40,183 nt of DNA from Ilumatobacteraceae bacterium (GCA_023263465.1 JALQWV010000062.1:1-40183); one strand, 5' to 3'; shown: positions 26,252-36,494, counted from the stretch's first letter. A program made the numbers and translations. Notes: generated by a model from the sequence alone, not told the origin.

Positions 26252-27912
26252 TGGCAAAGCCAACGCCAGCACCTTTTGAATACTCGGAGCTGCTTCCTCT
26301 TGGCGTAGATGACACGCAATACCGATTCCTAGGAAACGAAGGTGTTTCCACTTTTGAAACCAGTGAGGGAACGTTTCTCAAAGTTGATCCAGCAGCAATC
26401 GTTACACTCACCGAGCACGCCATGCGCGACATCGCTCATCTATTACGTGCAAGCCACTTGCAACAGCTGGCCAACATCATGGTTGATCCCGAAGCAAGCG
26501 ACAATGATCGATTCGTAGCACTTGATCTGTTGAAGAACGCCAGTATCTCTGCAGGTGGTGTGTTGCCGATGTGCCAGGACACGGGCACGGCAATTGTGAA
26601 AGCTAAAAAAGGCCAGTTCGTATTCACAGGTGGTGGCGACGAAGAAGCAATTTCGCAGGGCATTTACAACACGTACCTCACCAGCAACCTTCGCTACAGC
26701 CAACTAGCTCCACTTTCGATGTACGAAGAAGTGAACACCAACACCAATCTTCCTGCAGAAATCAAAATTTCATCTGTTGATGGCGATGAATACAAGTTCT
26801 TGTTCATGGCTAAAGGTGGCGGTTCGGCAAACAAGAGTTATTTATTCCAAGAGACCAAAGCACTCCTGAATGAAAAGTCTTTGCTTCCGTGGGCATTTGA
26901 AAAAATGAAAACACTTGGAACCGCAGCCTGCCCTCCGTATCACCTCGCAATTGTTATTGGAGGAACCTCGGCAGAGAACGCTGTAGAGACAGCAAAACTT
27001 GCAAGCGCTCACTACCTCGATTCGCTGCCAACATCGGGCAGCAAACTCGGACACGCATTCCGCGATCTCGACCTTGAACAGAAGATGCTCACGTTGTCGC
27101 AGCAAACTGGAATTGGTGCGCAATTTGGAGGAAAGTATTTCTGTCACGATGTACGCGTTATTCGCCTACCTCGCCACGGCGCAAGTTGCCCTGTTGCCAT
27201 GGCCGTGAGTTGCAGTGCCGACCGTCAGGCGCTTGGCAAAATTAACAGCAAGGGCATCTTCCTCGAACAACTCGAAACTGATCCAGCCCGTTTCCTTCCG
27301 GAGATCACCGAGGAGCACTTAGCAAGCGAAGTTGTGGCAATTGATCTGAATTTGCCGATGTCAGAAATTCGTGACACGTTGTCGAAGTACCCCGTAAAAA
27401 CGAGAGTCATGCTCACCGGGCCAATGGTGGTTGCTCGCGATATCGCACACGCAAAAATCAAAGAACGCCTCGATGCCGGCAAAGGGCTTCCGCAATACAT
27501 GAAAGATCACTGCGTCTATTACGCAGGTCCCGCCAAAACGCCAGAGGGTTTTGCATCGGGATCATTTGGCCCGACTACTGCAGGTCGGATGGATAGCTAT
27601 GTTGCCGATTTCCAGGCTGCAGGCGGAAGCTTTGTGATGTTGGCAAAAGGGAACCGCTCGAAGCAGGTCACCGATGCTTGCAATACGTATGGCGGTTTCT
27701 ACCTCGGTTCAATAGGTGGTCCCGCGGCACGCTTGGCCCAGGATTGCATCACCAAAGTTGAAGTGCTCGAATTCGCAGAGCTCGGCATGGAAGCAGTATG
27801 GAAAATTGAAGTTCAAGACTTCCCTGCATTTATCGTGGTTGACGACAAGGGCAACGACTTTTTTGATGCAATCAATGCCAATACAGGCGTCAAATTAACA
27901 GTTCGCAAATAG
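26251..27912 (+). CDS. class I (Fe-S) fumarate hydratase
   Basis: ORF 26116..27912 trimmed to ATG 26251 ('[18 protein letters not shown]'). '[11 protein letters not shown]', 'GGGSANK', and C-terminal beta domain 'GPTTAGRMD'. 553 aa. Confidence 0.9.
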   Translation: MAKPTPAPFEYSELLPLGVDDTQYRFLGNEGVSTFETSEGTFLKVDPAAIVTLTEHAMRDIAHLLRASHLQQLANIMVDPEASDNDRFVALDLLKNASISAGGVLPMCQDTGTAIVKAKKGQFVFTGGGDEEAISQGIYNTYLTSNLRYSQLAPLSMYEEVNTNTNLPAEIKISSVDGDEYKFLFMAKGGGSANKSYLFQETKALLNEKSLLPWAFEKMKTLGTAACPPYHLAIVIGGTSAENAVETAKLASAHYLDSLPTSGSKLGHAFRDLDLEQKMLTLSQQTGIGAQFGGKYFCHDVRVIRLPRHGASCPVAMAVSCSADRQALGKINSKGIFLEQLETDPARFLPEITEEHLASEVVAIDLNLPMSEIRDTLSKYPVKTRVMLTGPMVVARDIAHAKIKERLDAGKGLPQYMKDHCVYYAGPAKTPEGFASGSFGPTTAGRMDSYVADFQAAGGSFVMLAKGNRSKQVTDACNTYGGFYLGSIGGPAARLAQDCITKVEVLEFAELGMEAVWKIEVQDFPAFIVVDDKGNDFFDAINANTGVKLTVRK

Positions 27913-27916
27913 TGAA

Positions 27917-28837
27917 CTAGCGCTGCAGTAGCGACTTCAACATTTCACGTGTGTCGTGTTGTTCGTCTGGTGTTGCTCCGAACTCCACTCCGCCGAAATC
28001 AGTGACTCCAATTTCTTGCAACGCTGCAACCCTGTCAAACACTTCGCTTGCTGAACCGATAATGGCAACGTCTGCTGGGCCGGCAGCACCTTCGTGGTCC
28101 AACATTGCTCGATAGCTTGGCAACTGCCCATACACAGCAAACACTTGTGCTGCTCGAGCGCGTGCGCCTTCAACATCTTTTGTGACACATACTGGAAGCG
28201 CAGCAATCACACGGGGCTTAGGCTTTCCAAGTCTGTCTGCAGCCTCGTTAATGGTTGGCACGGTAAGTGTGCGTAAAGTTTCTGGCCCGGTGCACCACGT
28301 GAGTGTTCCCTGAGTCATCGCCGCAGCAAGCCTCAGCATTTGTGGCCCGAGGGCAGCAACGACAACGTCGCAGCTTTGTGGCTTTCCAATAGTGAGCTCG
28401 GCATGCGTGGTAAGAGTTTCTCCCGCAAACGAAACCTTTCGATCATGGATTAACGGCATCAGGATTGATAGGTATTCCTTCATGTGACGCAACGGCTTTT
28501 CAAATGAAAGATTTAACATTCCTTCAATGACCACCTGGTGACTAAGGCCAATCCCCAAGCACAAACGACCTCCGCTTGCCTGGTTCGCTGTGAGCGCTTG
28601 TTGCGCCAACATCATCGGATGACGTGGATACGTAGGAATCACGCTGGTTCCCAGTTCAATACGTGGAACCTGGTGACCCACAACTGAAAGCGTGCTGAGC
28701 GCATCCAGTCCAAAAATTTGTGACTGCCAATACGATGCAAAGCCATCTCGCTCTGCCGTCTTCACTTCTGCGAGCACTCCGTCAACTGTGCTGTCGTTGT
28801 TTGAGCCAAAGATCCCAATTTTCATGCTGTTTGTCAT
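27917..28837 (-). CDS. LLM-class (luciferase-like) flavin/F420-dependent oxidoreductase
   Basis: 306 aa. 'FASYWQSQIFGLDAL' and 'GRLCLGIGLSH' LLM blocks. ATGA overlap with the upstream SGNH gene. Confidence 0.8.
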   Translation of the reverse strand: MTNSMKIGIFGSNNDSTVDGVLAEVKTAERDGFASYWQSQIFGLDALSTLSVVGHQVPRIELGTSVIPTYPRHPMMLAQQALTANQASGGRLCLGIGLSHQVVIEGMLNLSFEKPLRHMKEYLSILMPLIHDRKVSFAGETLTTHAELTIGKPQSCDVVVAALGPQMLRLAAAMTQGTLTWCTGPETLRTLTVPTINEAADRLGKPKPRVIAALPVCVTKDVEGARARAAQVFAVYGQLPSYRAMLDHEGAAGPADVAIIGSASEVFDRVAALQEIGVTDFGGVEFGATPDEQHDTREMLKSLLQR

Positions 28838-29682
28838 GGGGCAACCGTAGTTGCTACCGCACCGCCGGGCGCATCTGTAGTCACCGTTTCAGCAGGAAGG
28901 GTTGTTGGCATTGCATCGAGAACCTTGGAATCATTCTGAAATATAGATGGCAAGCACTGGCCATTGCTTCGATCGCGCGCGAATTCAAGAGATCGCGCTA
29001 CCGCAGTTGCAAGTACTGCTCGTCCATCTGCAGTGAGATGCACCCCATCGGTTCCAATCAAACCGTTATTCCTTGCCACCGCCGCCCAGTCAAGCACTGT
29101 GATGTTTCCATACTCCTCAGCTACGCGTTTAATAATTTCATTAATTTGAAATTGCTTTGGTCGAAACTCCGCGGTGGTCAACACGACGAAAGGATTTTGC
29201 GAAAGCACATCAAACATTTCACGCAACTTTTCTTCATATGCAACCATGTTGTCATCGTTGTTGGTACCAAGAAATACCACTGCTGTGTCCCAACCCTCTT
29301 CCCACCGACGCCCCAGCACTCGCGCACCGAAATCTATGAATTCTCCCGCTTGAGCCTCGACCGCCACCTGCCAACCAAGTTTTGTAAGTGTGTTACACAT
29401 TTCATTGCCATAACGCGAAGAAGTTGAAGCAAAAATTGAGTCGCCAATCATCAGAACTCGATTGCCTTGAATTTGCGGTCCAATCATTTTTCCGAGTAAT
29501 TCTGGAAACGTGATATCTACTCCGTCTGGAAGTGTGATAAGTGAGTTGAAATCGCCTCCAGGAATTCTGCCAACACCGCTTAAATATTCGCTCCGATTCA
29601 CAACAAACCGATAAGCGCCAAATGAAATCGCGATTACGAGCAACGTTGCAATTACACCTGCAATAAACCCGTTGCGGCGCAT
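28834..29682 (-). CDS. membrane-anchored SGNH/GDSL hydrolase
   Basis: N-terminal TM segment. Block I 'MIGDSIF' and block V 'DGVHLT'. Start directly abuts the mscL stop (TAAATG). Confidence 0.8.
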   Translation of the reverse strand: MRRNGFIAGVIATLLVIAISFGAYRFVVNRSEYLSGVGRIPGGDFNSLITLPDGVDITFPELLGKMIGPQIQGNRVLMIGDSIFASTSSRYGNEMCNTLTKLGWQVAVEAQAGEFIDFGARVLGRRWEEGWDTAVVFLGTNNDDNMVAYEEKLREMFDVLSQNPFVVLTTAEFRPKQFQINEIIKRVAEEYGNITVLDWAAVARNNGLIGTDGVHLTADGRAVLATAVARSLEFARDRSNGQCLPSIFQNDSKVLDAMPTTLPAETVTTDAPGGAVATTVAP

Positions 29683-30093
29683 TTAATTGTTGTTCTGTTT
29701 ACGAATTTCGTCGCGAATAGATGCCAACAAATCATTCGTCGATTCTTCAGTTTTTGCATTATGAAAACGACCATATGCCTTAATCACGAAAAACATCACT
29801 GTGCTCACCATCAAAAAATTTAGAATTGCTGTCAGCAATCCACCAACAGGAATGAAACTTCCGTTCAAGGTCAGACCCTTGTCGTTAAAATTTGGTCGAT
29901 TTCCACCAAACACGGCACCGACCAAGCCACCGAGAATTCCCTGGTTGTCTTTGCCATCTCCGGCCACAGCATCAATAACGGTCTTAAATGTGGCGCCCAT
30001 AACAAAAGCAACGGCTACGTCAACCACACTTCCTCGGTTAATAAACGCTTTGAATTCGTGAACGATGCCACTTGTCTTGAGGGGTTGAGACAT
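29683..30093 (-). CDS. mscL: large-conductance mechanosensitive channel
   Basis: 'EFKAFINRGSVVDVAVAFVMGATF' MscL N-terminus. Start trimmed from TTG 30114 to ATG 30093, which has TACTGT 7 nt upstream. Confidence 0.9.
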   Translation of the reverse strand: MSQPLKTSGIVHEFKAFINRGSVVDVAVAFVMGATFKTVIDAVAGDGKDNQGILGGLVGAVFGGNRPNFNDKGLTLNGSFIPVGGLLTAILNFLMVSTVMFFVIKAYGRFHNAKTEESTNDLLASIRDEIRKQNNN

Positions 30094-30100
30094 GTCTTTC

Positions 30101-30106
30101 ACAGTA
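30101..30106 (-). promoter_or_regulatory. -10 box TACTGT for mscL-SGNH-LLM (leaderless)
   Basis: TANNNT ends 7 nt before ATG 30093. Confidence 0.5.
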
Positions 30107-30122
30107 GTTGCCAAACCAATTT

Positions 30123-31403
30123 CTATGCAGGGTTCTCGCTCGAATCCAAGTCGCTGAAACGGTCAATTTTGCGAAGAGATGGGAATCCGATCCACCACAC
30201 TCCAACGATGGCGATGGTAGCTACTCCTCCGCCGATCACCGTTGCAGGTGTGCCAAACGCTTGCGAGGCAAGCCCAGACTCAAATGCTCCTAGTTCGTTG
30301 GTTGCGCCAATGAATACATTTTCTACAGCCGACACTCGACCACGTTTTTCGTCTGGCGTCACGAGGGGAACGATGGAACCGCGAATAAACACGCTCACCA
30401 TGTCGGCTGCACTCAATACCAACACCGCAATGAATGCAACGGTGTAACTCGACGTATCGCCCAACACAATTGTTGCTAAGCCAAATACTCCAACAGCTAT
30501 TAACAACGATCGCCCCACATTTCTTTGCAGTGGACGAATGGCCAAAAACGCCGCCATTGCTGCTGCACCAATACCACCTGCAGCACGGAGCCAACCGTAT
30601 GCAATATTGCCAACACCAAGTTGTTCCTCTGCGATCACTGGCAACAGTGCGACAGCACCACCAAACAGCACGGCAAACAGGTCGAGTGAGATTGCAGCCA
30701 ACAAAATTGGAGTGCGCTTAATAAAATGCAGTCCTTCCATTGCCGAGCGCATCGTTACCTTTTCGTTCGGATCGCGTGGTGCTGGTTCTCGCAAAAACTG
30801 CACTCCCAAGATGCCCAAAATTCCAATTAGCGTTAACGCTGATGTAGTTGCGTAAGGAATCCACGGGGAAATGCTGTACAGCAATCCCGAAGCGGCCGGA
30901 CCGATGATCATCGCCGAGGTCCATACTGCCGAGCTCATCGCAATGATCGGCGGCAACCCACCGTCCGGGGCAACCATCGGATAAATAGAGCGAACCGCCG
31001 GTGAAAGAAATGCGCGACACGAACCAAAAACGATTCCGATCATGAAGAATGGCCAGACTGCAGGGCTTTCGTCTCCCTGAATTGAAATGGAATACCAAAC
31101 AAGAGATAGTGCACAGACCAATTCGCCTGCAAGCGCAATGGCTGCCACATGTTTTCGGTTGTATCGGTCGGCAACGCTTCCGCTGACGAACACGAGTAAC
31201 GCAATAGGTGCAAACTCTGCTAATCCGAGCCATCCAATATCTATTGCCCTGCCCGTGATATCAAAAATGTGTTTACCGAGCGTTGCTGCCTGCAGCATTA
31301 CGCCAACATAGAAAGCAAAGCTCGATGTAAGCATGCGGCGCACCGATGAAGACTTGAGGACATCTCGGGCAGTAAGTTGATTGGAGGGTTCGGAACTGCT
31401 CAC
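30123..31403 (-). CDS. MFS transporter
   Basis: 426 aa, about 12 TM. 'GSVADRYNRK' MFS loop 2-3 type motif. GTG start. Confidence 0.8.
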   Translation of the reverse strand: MSSSEPSNQLTARDVLKSSSVRRMLTSSFAFYVGVMLQAATLGKHIFDITGRAIDIGWLGLAEFAPIALLVFVSGSVADRYNRKHVAAIALAGELVCALSLVWYSISIQGDESPAVWPFFMIGIVFGSCRAFLSPAVRSIYPMVAPDGGLPPIIAMSSAVWTSAMIIGPAASGLLYSISPWIPYATTSALTLIGILGILGVQFLREPAPRDPNEKVTMRSAMEGLHFIKRTPILLAAISLDLFAVLFGGAVALLPVIAEEQLGVGNIAYGWLRAAGGIGAAAMAAFLAIRPLQRNVGRSLLIAVGVFGLATIVLGDTSSYTVAFIAVLVLSAADMVSVFIRGSIVPLVTPDEKRGRVSAVENVFIGATNELGAFESGLASQAFGTPATVIGGGVATIAIVGVWWIGFPSLRKIDRFSDLDSSENPA

Positions 31404-31412
31404 AGGCTGTAA

Positions 31413-31418
31413 ACCCTA
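31413..31418 (-). promoter_or_regulatory. -10 box TAGGGT for the MFS transporter gene
   Basis: TANNNT ends 9 nt before GTG 31403. Confidence 0.35.
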
Positions 31419-31438
31419 ATCAATCAGGGGGAATTGCA

Positions 31439-32893
31439 ATGTCATCACTTGCACAAGACACACAATGGGTTGATGCCATTGACCAAGCCGAACTTGTTCG
31501 TTCCGGAAAGGTAACACCAGTTGAACTTCTCGACGCCGCCATTGAACGAGCCGAGCGTCTGAACCCAGCGATCAATGCCCTCACCTTTACTTGGTTCGAC
31601 AAGGCTCGAGATATCGCTCGCAATCTTCCAACCAATTCCGCAATGCCACTTCGCGGTGTGCCGTTCATCTTGAAAGACCTTCACGCAGCAATGAAAGGTT
31701 TTCCACTTTCCAACGGCAATAAGGCAATGAAGGCTGCGTCACTTAATTCAGAATTCACTGCCGAAATTGTGCAGCGATTTGTCAACGCTGGTCTCGTCAT
31801 TTTTGGTCGCGGTAATTCACCCGAATTCGGCAGTGTGCCAACGACAGAGCCCGAAGCGTGGGGACCTACGCGAACTCCCTGGGATACCAATCGCATGGCA
31901 GGAGGTTCAAGTGGTGGAAGTGCGGCGGCGGTGGCCGCTGGAATTGTTCCAGTTGCACATGCAACCGACGGTGGGGGTTCTGTGCGGGTTCCCGCAGCAT
32001 GCTGTGGACTAGTTGGCTTGAAAGTAAGCCAAGGTCGTATTACTGGCGCTCCTTTCCGTGACGAAACCAATCTGGGAGTTGAGCTTGCAGTAAGTCGAAC
32101 CGTGCGCGATACCGCAATCATTCTTGATATCGCACAAGGGCCCGCAGTAGGTGACCGTGTTATTGCGCCTCCTCCTACTCGGCCATACATCCAAGAAGTC
32201 GGAGCACCAACAGGCAAGCTTCGAATTGGTTTCTTAGATCATCGACCGGTTCCTGGAGACATTGACCCCGAATGTGCCGAAGGAGTGCACATCGTGGCAA
32301 AGGTTCTTGAAGACCTTGGGCATTACGTAGAGGCGGCTTGGCCAAAGGCACTTGAAGATCAAACGTTTGCACCGAAGTTCACATCGTTATGGAGCACCAA
32401 TATGTCGGTTGCACGTGAAGGTGTCGCGACATTGCTCGGTCGCGAGGTCACCAAGGAAGACTTTGAGCTCGTTAACTGGACGATGGCCGAATATTCAAAA
32501 CATGCTTCGGCAACCGACTATGCAAATGCAATTCTCTCGACTTCGCATTACCGGCGCGCCGTTCAACAATGGTGGGCAGATGGTTGGGACATTCTGTTAA
32601 CACCAACAGCCGGACGGGTTCCATTGCCAATCGGTTCCTTCGCAAATGACCCAAACGATCCGATGAAACCAATGAAAGTTGCCGCAGACTTCGTGCCCTT
32701 TACACCAGCATTCAACACCAGTGGTCAGCCAGCAATCAGCCTTCCATTGCATTGGACAGCCGAAGGAGTTCCAGTAGGCATGCAATTAGTTGCTGCATAT
32801 GGACGCGAAGACTTACTTATCCGACTTGCATCTCAACTAGAAATAGCTATGCCGTGGGCACACAGGCGACCTGCTGCTAGCCAACTGAAATAG
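31439..32893 (+). CDS. amidase (amidase-signature family)
   Basis: AS signature 'GGSSGGSAAAVAAG'. 484 aa. SD-like GGGGGA lies 8 nt upstream of the ATG. Confidence 0.9.
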   Translation: MSSLAQDTQWVDAIDQAELVRSGKVTPVELLDAAIERAERLNPAINALTFTWFDKARDIARNLPTNSAMPLRGVPFILKDLHAAMKGFPLSNGNKAMKAASLNSEFTAEIVQRFVNAGLVIFGRGNSPEFGSVPTTEPEAWGPTRTPWDTNRMAGGSSGGSAAAVAAGIVPVAHATDGGGSVRVPAACCGLVGLKVSQGRITGAPFRDETNLGVELAVSRTVRDTAIILDIAQGPAVGDRVIAPPPTRPYIQEVGAPTGKLRIGFLDHRPVPGDIDPECAEGVHIVAKVLEDLGHYVEAAWPKALEDQTFAPKFTSLWSTNMSVAREGVATLLGREVTKEDFELVNWTMAEYSKHASATDYANAILSTSHYRRAVQQWWADGWDILLTPTAGRVPLPIGSFANDPNDPMKPMKVAADFVPFTPAFNTSGQPAISLPLHWTAEGVPVGMQLVAAYGREDLLIRLASQLEIAMPWAHRRPAASQLK

Positions 32894-33188
32894 CAGTGAC
32901 CACACCAAGCGTGATGGTTACCGTTACACGCTGCTGTGAATAATCGGCTGTAAGAGCAAAATTTTCGCCATCGCGCGAACCAACTCGATACGCCCAACCG
33001 AGATCAGTTGCGCACTTTTCGGCATCGCCTTCCATTAATCCCACAAGCATCTCTGCACGCTCTGGAGTAATTGCCGTTGCATCGCCCGCATCTGCTGCAG
33101 GACAAACAACTGCTACTGAATTTTGTTCAGACGACGAGCACGAGACGAGCAAAAAAGATGCAAGAGCAACAAATACGAAACGTTTCAT
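32877..33188 (-). CDS. small lipoprotein, possibly I78-family peptidase inhibitor-like
   Basis: Lipobox 'LLVSC'. C-terminal 'ADYSQQRVTVTITLGVVTAISVG' resembles the I78 pattern. Starts 10 nt after tRNA-Glu. Confidence 0.6.
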   Translation of the reverse strand: MKRFVFVALASFLLVSCSSSEQNSVAVVCPAADAGDATAITPERAEMLVGLMEGDAEKCATDLGWAYRVGSRDGENFALTADYSQQRVTVTITLGVVTAISVG

Positions 33189-33198
33189 AAGTGATTTG

Positions 33199-33271
33199 CA
33201 GCCCCAACGGGATTCGAACCCGTGCCGCTACCTTGAGAGGGTAGTGTCCTAGGCCACTAGACGATGGGGCC
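33199..33271 (-). tRNA. tRNA-Glu (anticodon CTC)
   Basis: Hand-folded. 73 nt. GGCCCCA acceptor stem with a G1:U72 pair, as in other actinobacterial tRNA-Glu. Anticodon loop CTCTCAA. T-arm ACGGG-TTCGAAT-CCCGT. Confidence 0.85.
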
Positions 33272-33284
33272 AAGTAGCGCTTCA

Positions 33285-33290
33285 AGGCTA
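33285..33290 (-). promoter_or_regulatory. -10 box TAGCCT for tRNA-Glu
   Basis: TANNNT lies 13 nt upstream of the mature 5' end. Confidence 0.4.
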
Positions 33291-33314
33291 CCGATTGTCT
33301 TTCTCAATTGTCTC

Positions 33315-33320
33315 TAGTGT
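33315..33320 (+). promoter_or_regulatory. -10 box TAGTGT for the MDR oxidoreductase gene (leaderless)
   Basis: TANNNT ends 7 nt before GTG 33328. Confidence 0.5.
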
Positions 33321-33327
33321 TAACCCT

Positions 33328-34335
33328 GTGAAGGCTGTTGTCACTACGGGAAATGGCGGTTTCGACAAACTGCACTACCGCGAAGTACCGATGCCCAAAC
33401 TTGGCGCGGGCGAGGTGCTCATCAAAGTGCTCGCAGCCGGAGTAAACAACACCGAGATCAACACACGACTCGGCTGGTACTCAGGTGGTGGCTGGCATAT
33501 CCCTACCCCGTTTCCTTTTATTCAAGGCACTGATTGCTGTGGCATCGTCGAACAAACTTTTGATTCTGAACATTCAGCATTAGTTGACAAACGTGTGCTT
33601 GTTCGTCCTTGCATGCGACCTCATGGATTTAGCTCCATGATCAATACCTGGATGGGCTCAGACTTTGACGGCGCATTTGCGCAATTCGTAAAGGTGCCCG
33701 CAAACGAGGTCTTCCCTATCGAGTCGTCATGGTCCGATGCTGAACTTGGATCCATTCCATGTAGCTACGGCTCCGGCGAAAACATGGTGCAGCGTTCGCG
33801 TGTTACTTCCGGCGAGCATGTGCTTGTTGCAGGAGCATCTGGCGGCGTTGGATCTGCTGTCGTGCAACTTGCAAAGGCTCGTGGAGCAATCGTTACTGCA
33901 ATAGTTGGAAAATCAAAAATGGACGAAGTGCTTCGTATTGGTGCCGACTTTGTCATTGATCGAGCTGCAGACATTGTGAAAGAACTTGGTGAAGAAAGCT
34001 TTGATGTTGTAATTGACAACGTTGGTGGCCCTCAATTCGAGGGAGAACTCAACCTGCTGAAGCGTGGTGGTCGATATGCATCATCTGGCGCGATCGGTGG
34101 ACCATTCGTCAATCTTGACCTACGCACCATGTATCTCAAAGATCTCACGCTTATTGGTTGCACCGCTTGGGATGAGCCTGTGTTCCCTCAACTCGTTTCC
34201 TACATAGAGTCCCATCGCATCAAGCCACTTGTTGCTAAAACTTTTCCGCTCGTAGATATTGTTCGCGCGCAGCAGGAATTCTTGGAAAAGAAGCACGTTG
34301 GAAAGTTCGTGCTCATCCCGCAACACGACGACTAG
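33328..34335 (+). CDS. zinc-type alcohol dehydrogenase / quinone oxidoreductase family (MDR) protein
   Basis: 'GEVLIKVLAAGVNNTE' and the NAD(P) site 'VAGASGGVGSAVVQLAK'. Start trimmed to GTG 33328 ('VKAVVTTG'). Confidence 0.85.
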   Translation: MKAVVTTGNGGFDKLHYREVPMPKLGAGEVLIKVLAAGVNNTEINTRLGWYSGGGWHIPTPFPFIQGTDCCGIVEQTFDSEHSALVDKRVLVRPCMRPHGFSSMINTWMGSDFDGAFAQFVKVPANEVFPIESSWSDAELGSIPCSYGSGENMVQRSRVTSGEHVLVAGASGGVGSAVVQLAKARGAIVTAIVGKSKMDEVLRIGADFVIDRAADIVKELGEESFDVVIDNVGGPQFEGELNLLKRGGRYASSGAIGGPFVNLDLRTMYLKDLTLIGCTAWDEPVFPQLVSYIESHRIKPLVAKTFPLVDIVRAQQEFLEKKHVGKFVLIPQHDD

Positions 34336-34343
34336 ACAATTTG

Positions 34344-34415
34344 TTGGGGAGCAAGGAATCGAACCCTGAATAACAGAACCAGAATCTGCTGTGTTGCCAG
34401 TTACACCACTCCCCA
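34344..34415 (-). tRNA. tRNA-Gln (anticodon CTG)
   Basis: Hand-folded. 72 nt. U1:A72 acceptor stem TGGGGAG/CTCCCCA. Anticodon loop TTCTGGT. T-arm CAGGG-TTCGATT-CCTTG with one mismatch. Confidence 0.85.
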
Positions 34416-34428
34416 GAGTGATGACGCA

Positions 34429-34434
34429 AGGTTA
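34429..34434 (-). promoter_or_regulatory. -10 box TAACCT for tRNA-Gln
   Basis: TANNNT lies 13 nt upstream of the mature 5' end, the same spacing as for tRNA-Glu. Confidence 0.4.
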
Positions 34435-34469
34435 TCGGCAACCCTAAATCGACCGCAATACAGTCCCAA

Positions 34470-35072
34470 TCAATTCGTCAATTGGTCGAGGGCCTTAAAG
34501 CCAATGACATGAGCCAGTGAAATACCCAGCCCCTCATTGATCATTCGCTTTTTTTCTGCATTACCCGTCACTGCAGAATTCTCGGCCGGAGAAACATAGG
34601 CAGTCAGGCCAAGATCTTGTGCAATCAATTGCGACCGGAGCGCATGATAGGGATCGGTCACAATTTCGACCGAAGTAAGCCCCCGGCTATTCAATATCTG
34701 GGCAACGCCTTGCATCGACTGAAGCGTTGTGGAGCCAAGATCTTCCATGGAAATTGACGATTCAGGAATTCCACCTGCAATCAGATAGTCGGCCGACGCC
34801 CTTGCTTCTGTGAAGCGATCTCCAGGTTGATTACCACCCGTAGTCACCACCAATTTGGCCACACCTTGTTTCCACAACGTGAGCACATGATCAAGCCGAG
34901 CCCGTAGTTGCGGTGAGGGTTTTCCGTCGTATTGAGCGACTCCCATCACCACAATTGCATCGACTTCTCTGCGGATGTCACTTCGTCCAACCGACCACAC
35001 CTGAACAATGTTCAGAATGACATACAGGAATCCAGCCAACACAAGCACCGACAGAGTGCCTGTGCGCTTCAT
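34470..35072 (-). CDS. YdcF/SanA (DUF218) family protein
   Basis: N-terminal TM segment. 'DAIVVMGVAQYDGKPSPQLRARLDH' and 'VTDPYHALRS' DUF218 blocks. Confidence 0.8.
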   Translation of the reverse strand: MKRTGTLSVLVLAGFLYVILNIVQVWSVGRSDIRREVDAIVVMGVAQYDGKPSPQLRARLDHVLTLWKQGVAKLVVTTGGNQPGDRFTEARASADYLIAGGIPESSISMEDLGSTTLQSMQGVAQILNSRGLTSVEIVTDPYHALRSQLIAQDLGLTAYVSPAENSAVTGNAEKKRMINEGLGISLAHVIGFKALDQLTN

Positions 35073-35081
35073 AGCGTTGTG

Positions 35082-36494
35082 TTAACCAGCAGCCCGCACG
35101 AGTGCTGCGCGAATTCGACGCTGCGACTCAACACGCCCAAGTAATTCAATCGGTTCAAACAATGGTGGACCAACTGTTCGACCTGTGATTGCAACGCGCA
35201 GAGGTCCTTGCAACTTTCCAAGCTTTACATCGTGCTGATTACCAATTGTTTCAACAGCCACTTTGATGCTTTCCGCATTCCACTCAACCGTTTCAAATGC
35301 TTTTGAAATTTCAGAAAGCGTTGGTACTGCGAAATCAGAGCCAAACGCTTTGGCAAACGCGGCATCATCAATTGGTGGCTCGGCCAAAAACAGGAAGTCA
35401 ACCATTGCGACCACTTCAGACATCACCGCTACGCGTGTTTGCACAAGTGGCGCCATCGCGGCAAACACTTCTGGCTTATAGCGATCCGCTGACCATGTTG
35501 CAGCCGAACTCGTGAGCACTTCATTTGCTGCAGCAATAAATGCGTCGTGACTCATGAGGCGAATGTATTCACCATTGAATGACAGCAATTTCTTGATGTC
35601 AAAAAACGCCGGCGAATGATTGACATCTTCCAAGCGGAATTCGTCTTGAATTTTCTGCAAGGGAACGATTTCAGTGTCGCCACTTGGCGCCCAACCAAGT
35701 GTCATGAGGTAATTCACCATCGCTTCAGGCAAAATTCCTTCCTCTCGATATTGCTCAACAGCAACCTTGTCACGACGCTTTGACAGCTTTTTGCGCTGCT
35801 CATTAACTAACACGGGAACATGCGCCCAGACTGGCGGTGTGTGGCCAAGTGCCTCCCACAACATTTGCTGCTTTGGAGTATTTGGTAGATGCTCCTCTGC
35901 TCGCACTACGTGCGTGATGTTCATGGTGATGTCGTCCACCACATTGGCAATGAGGAACACTGGGGTGCCATTACCTCGCAACAACACAAAGTCTTCAATT
36001 GTGGAGTTTTCGAATTCCACTGATCCGCGAACGGTGTCATTCACGATGGTCTTACCTTCAGGAACTCGGAAGCGCAAAACATGTCCAGGACCAGGACCCA
36101 GTTTCCGGTCGCGTGAAAAGCCGTCGTAGCCATTCAAGCCTGCTGCTTTTGCTCGCTCCTGAATTTGTTCAGTGGTCTGGTCGCAGTAATACGCCTTGCC
36201 TTCTTCAAACAACCTATGCGCAGCAGCAACATGTTCCGCCGCGTAGGTGGACTGGAAATATGGCCCCTCAAAATGTGGATCATTGCTGTCAATGCCAATC
36301 CACGCAAGTGCATCAATGATCCCTTGAGTCCACTGAGGCTCGTTTCGGGATTCGTCAGTGTCTTCAATACGCAGCACAAACGTGCCGTTGTTCTTCAGTG
36401 CAAGAAGCCAGTTATACAGTGCTGTACGTGCACCACCCACGTGGAAATAGCCGGTTGGAGATGGCGCGAAACGATAGCGAGGAGTTGCAGACAT
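35082..36494 (-). CDS. gltX: glutamate--tRNA ligase
   Basis: HIGH region '[15 protein letters not shown]' and KMSKS 'KLSKR'. The second ATG (36494) is preferred because TAGCCT ends 8 nt upstream. Confidence 0.95.
   Translation of the reverse strand: MSATPRYRFAPSPTGYFHVGGARTALYNWLLALKNNGTFVLRIEDTDESRNEPQWTQGIIDALAWIGIDSNDPHFEGPYFQSTYAAEHVAAAHRLFEEGKAYYCDQTTEQIQERAKAAGLNGYDGFSRDRKLGPGPGHVLRFRVPEGKTIVNDTVRGSVEFENSTIEDFVLLRGNGTPVFLIANVVDDITMNITHVVRAEEHLPNTPKQQMLWEALGHTPPVWAHVPVLVNEQRKKLSKRRDKVAVEQYREEGILPEAMVNYLMTLGWAPSGDTEIVPLQKIQDEFRLEDVNHSPAFFDIKKLLSFNGEYIRLMSHDAFIAAANEVLTSSAATWSADRYKPEVFAAMAPLVQTRVAVMSEVVAMVDFLFLAEPPIDDAAFAKAFGSDFAVPTLSEISKAFETVEWNAESIKVAVETIGNQHDVKLGKLQGPLRVAITGRTVGPPLFEPIELLGRVESQRRIRAALVRAAG

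Noticed and set aside
27917-31403. The MFS / mscL / SGNH hydrolase / LLM oxidoreductase run as one functional system
   Set aside because: The tight packing (TAAATG, ATGA) is the norm in this window. mscL has its own -10 box, and the functions have no obvious mechanistic link. I treat it as streamlining rather than a dedicated system.
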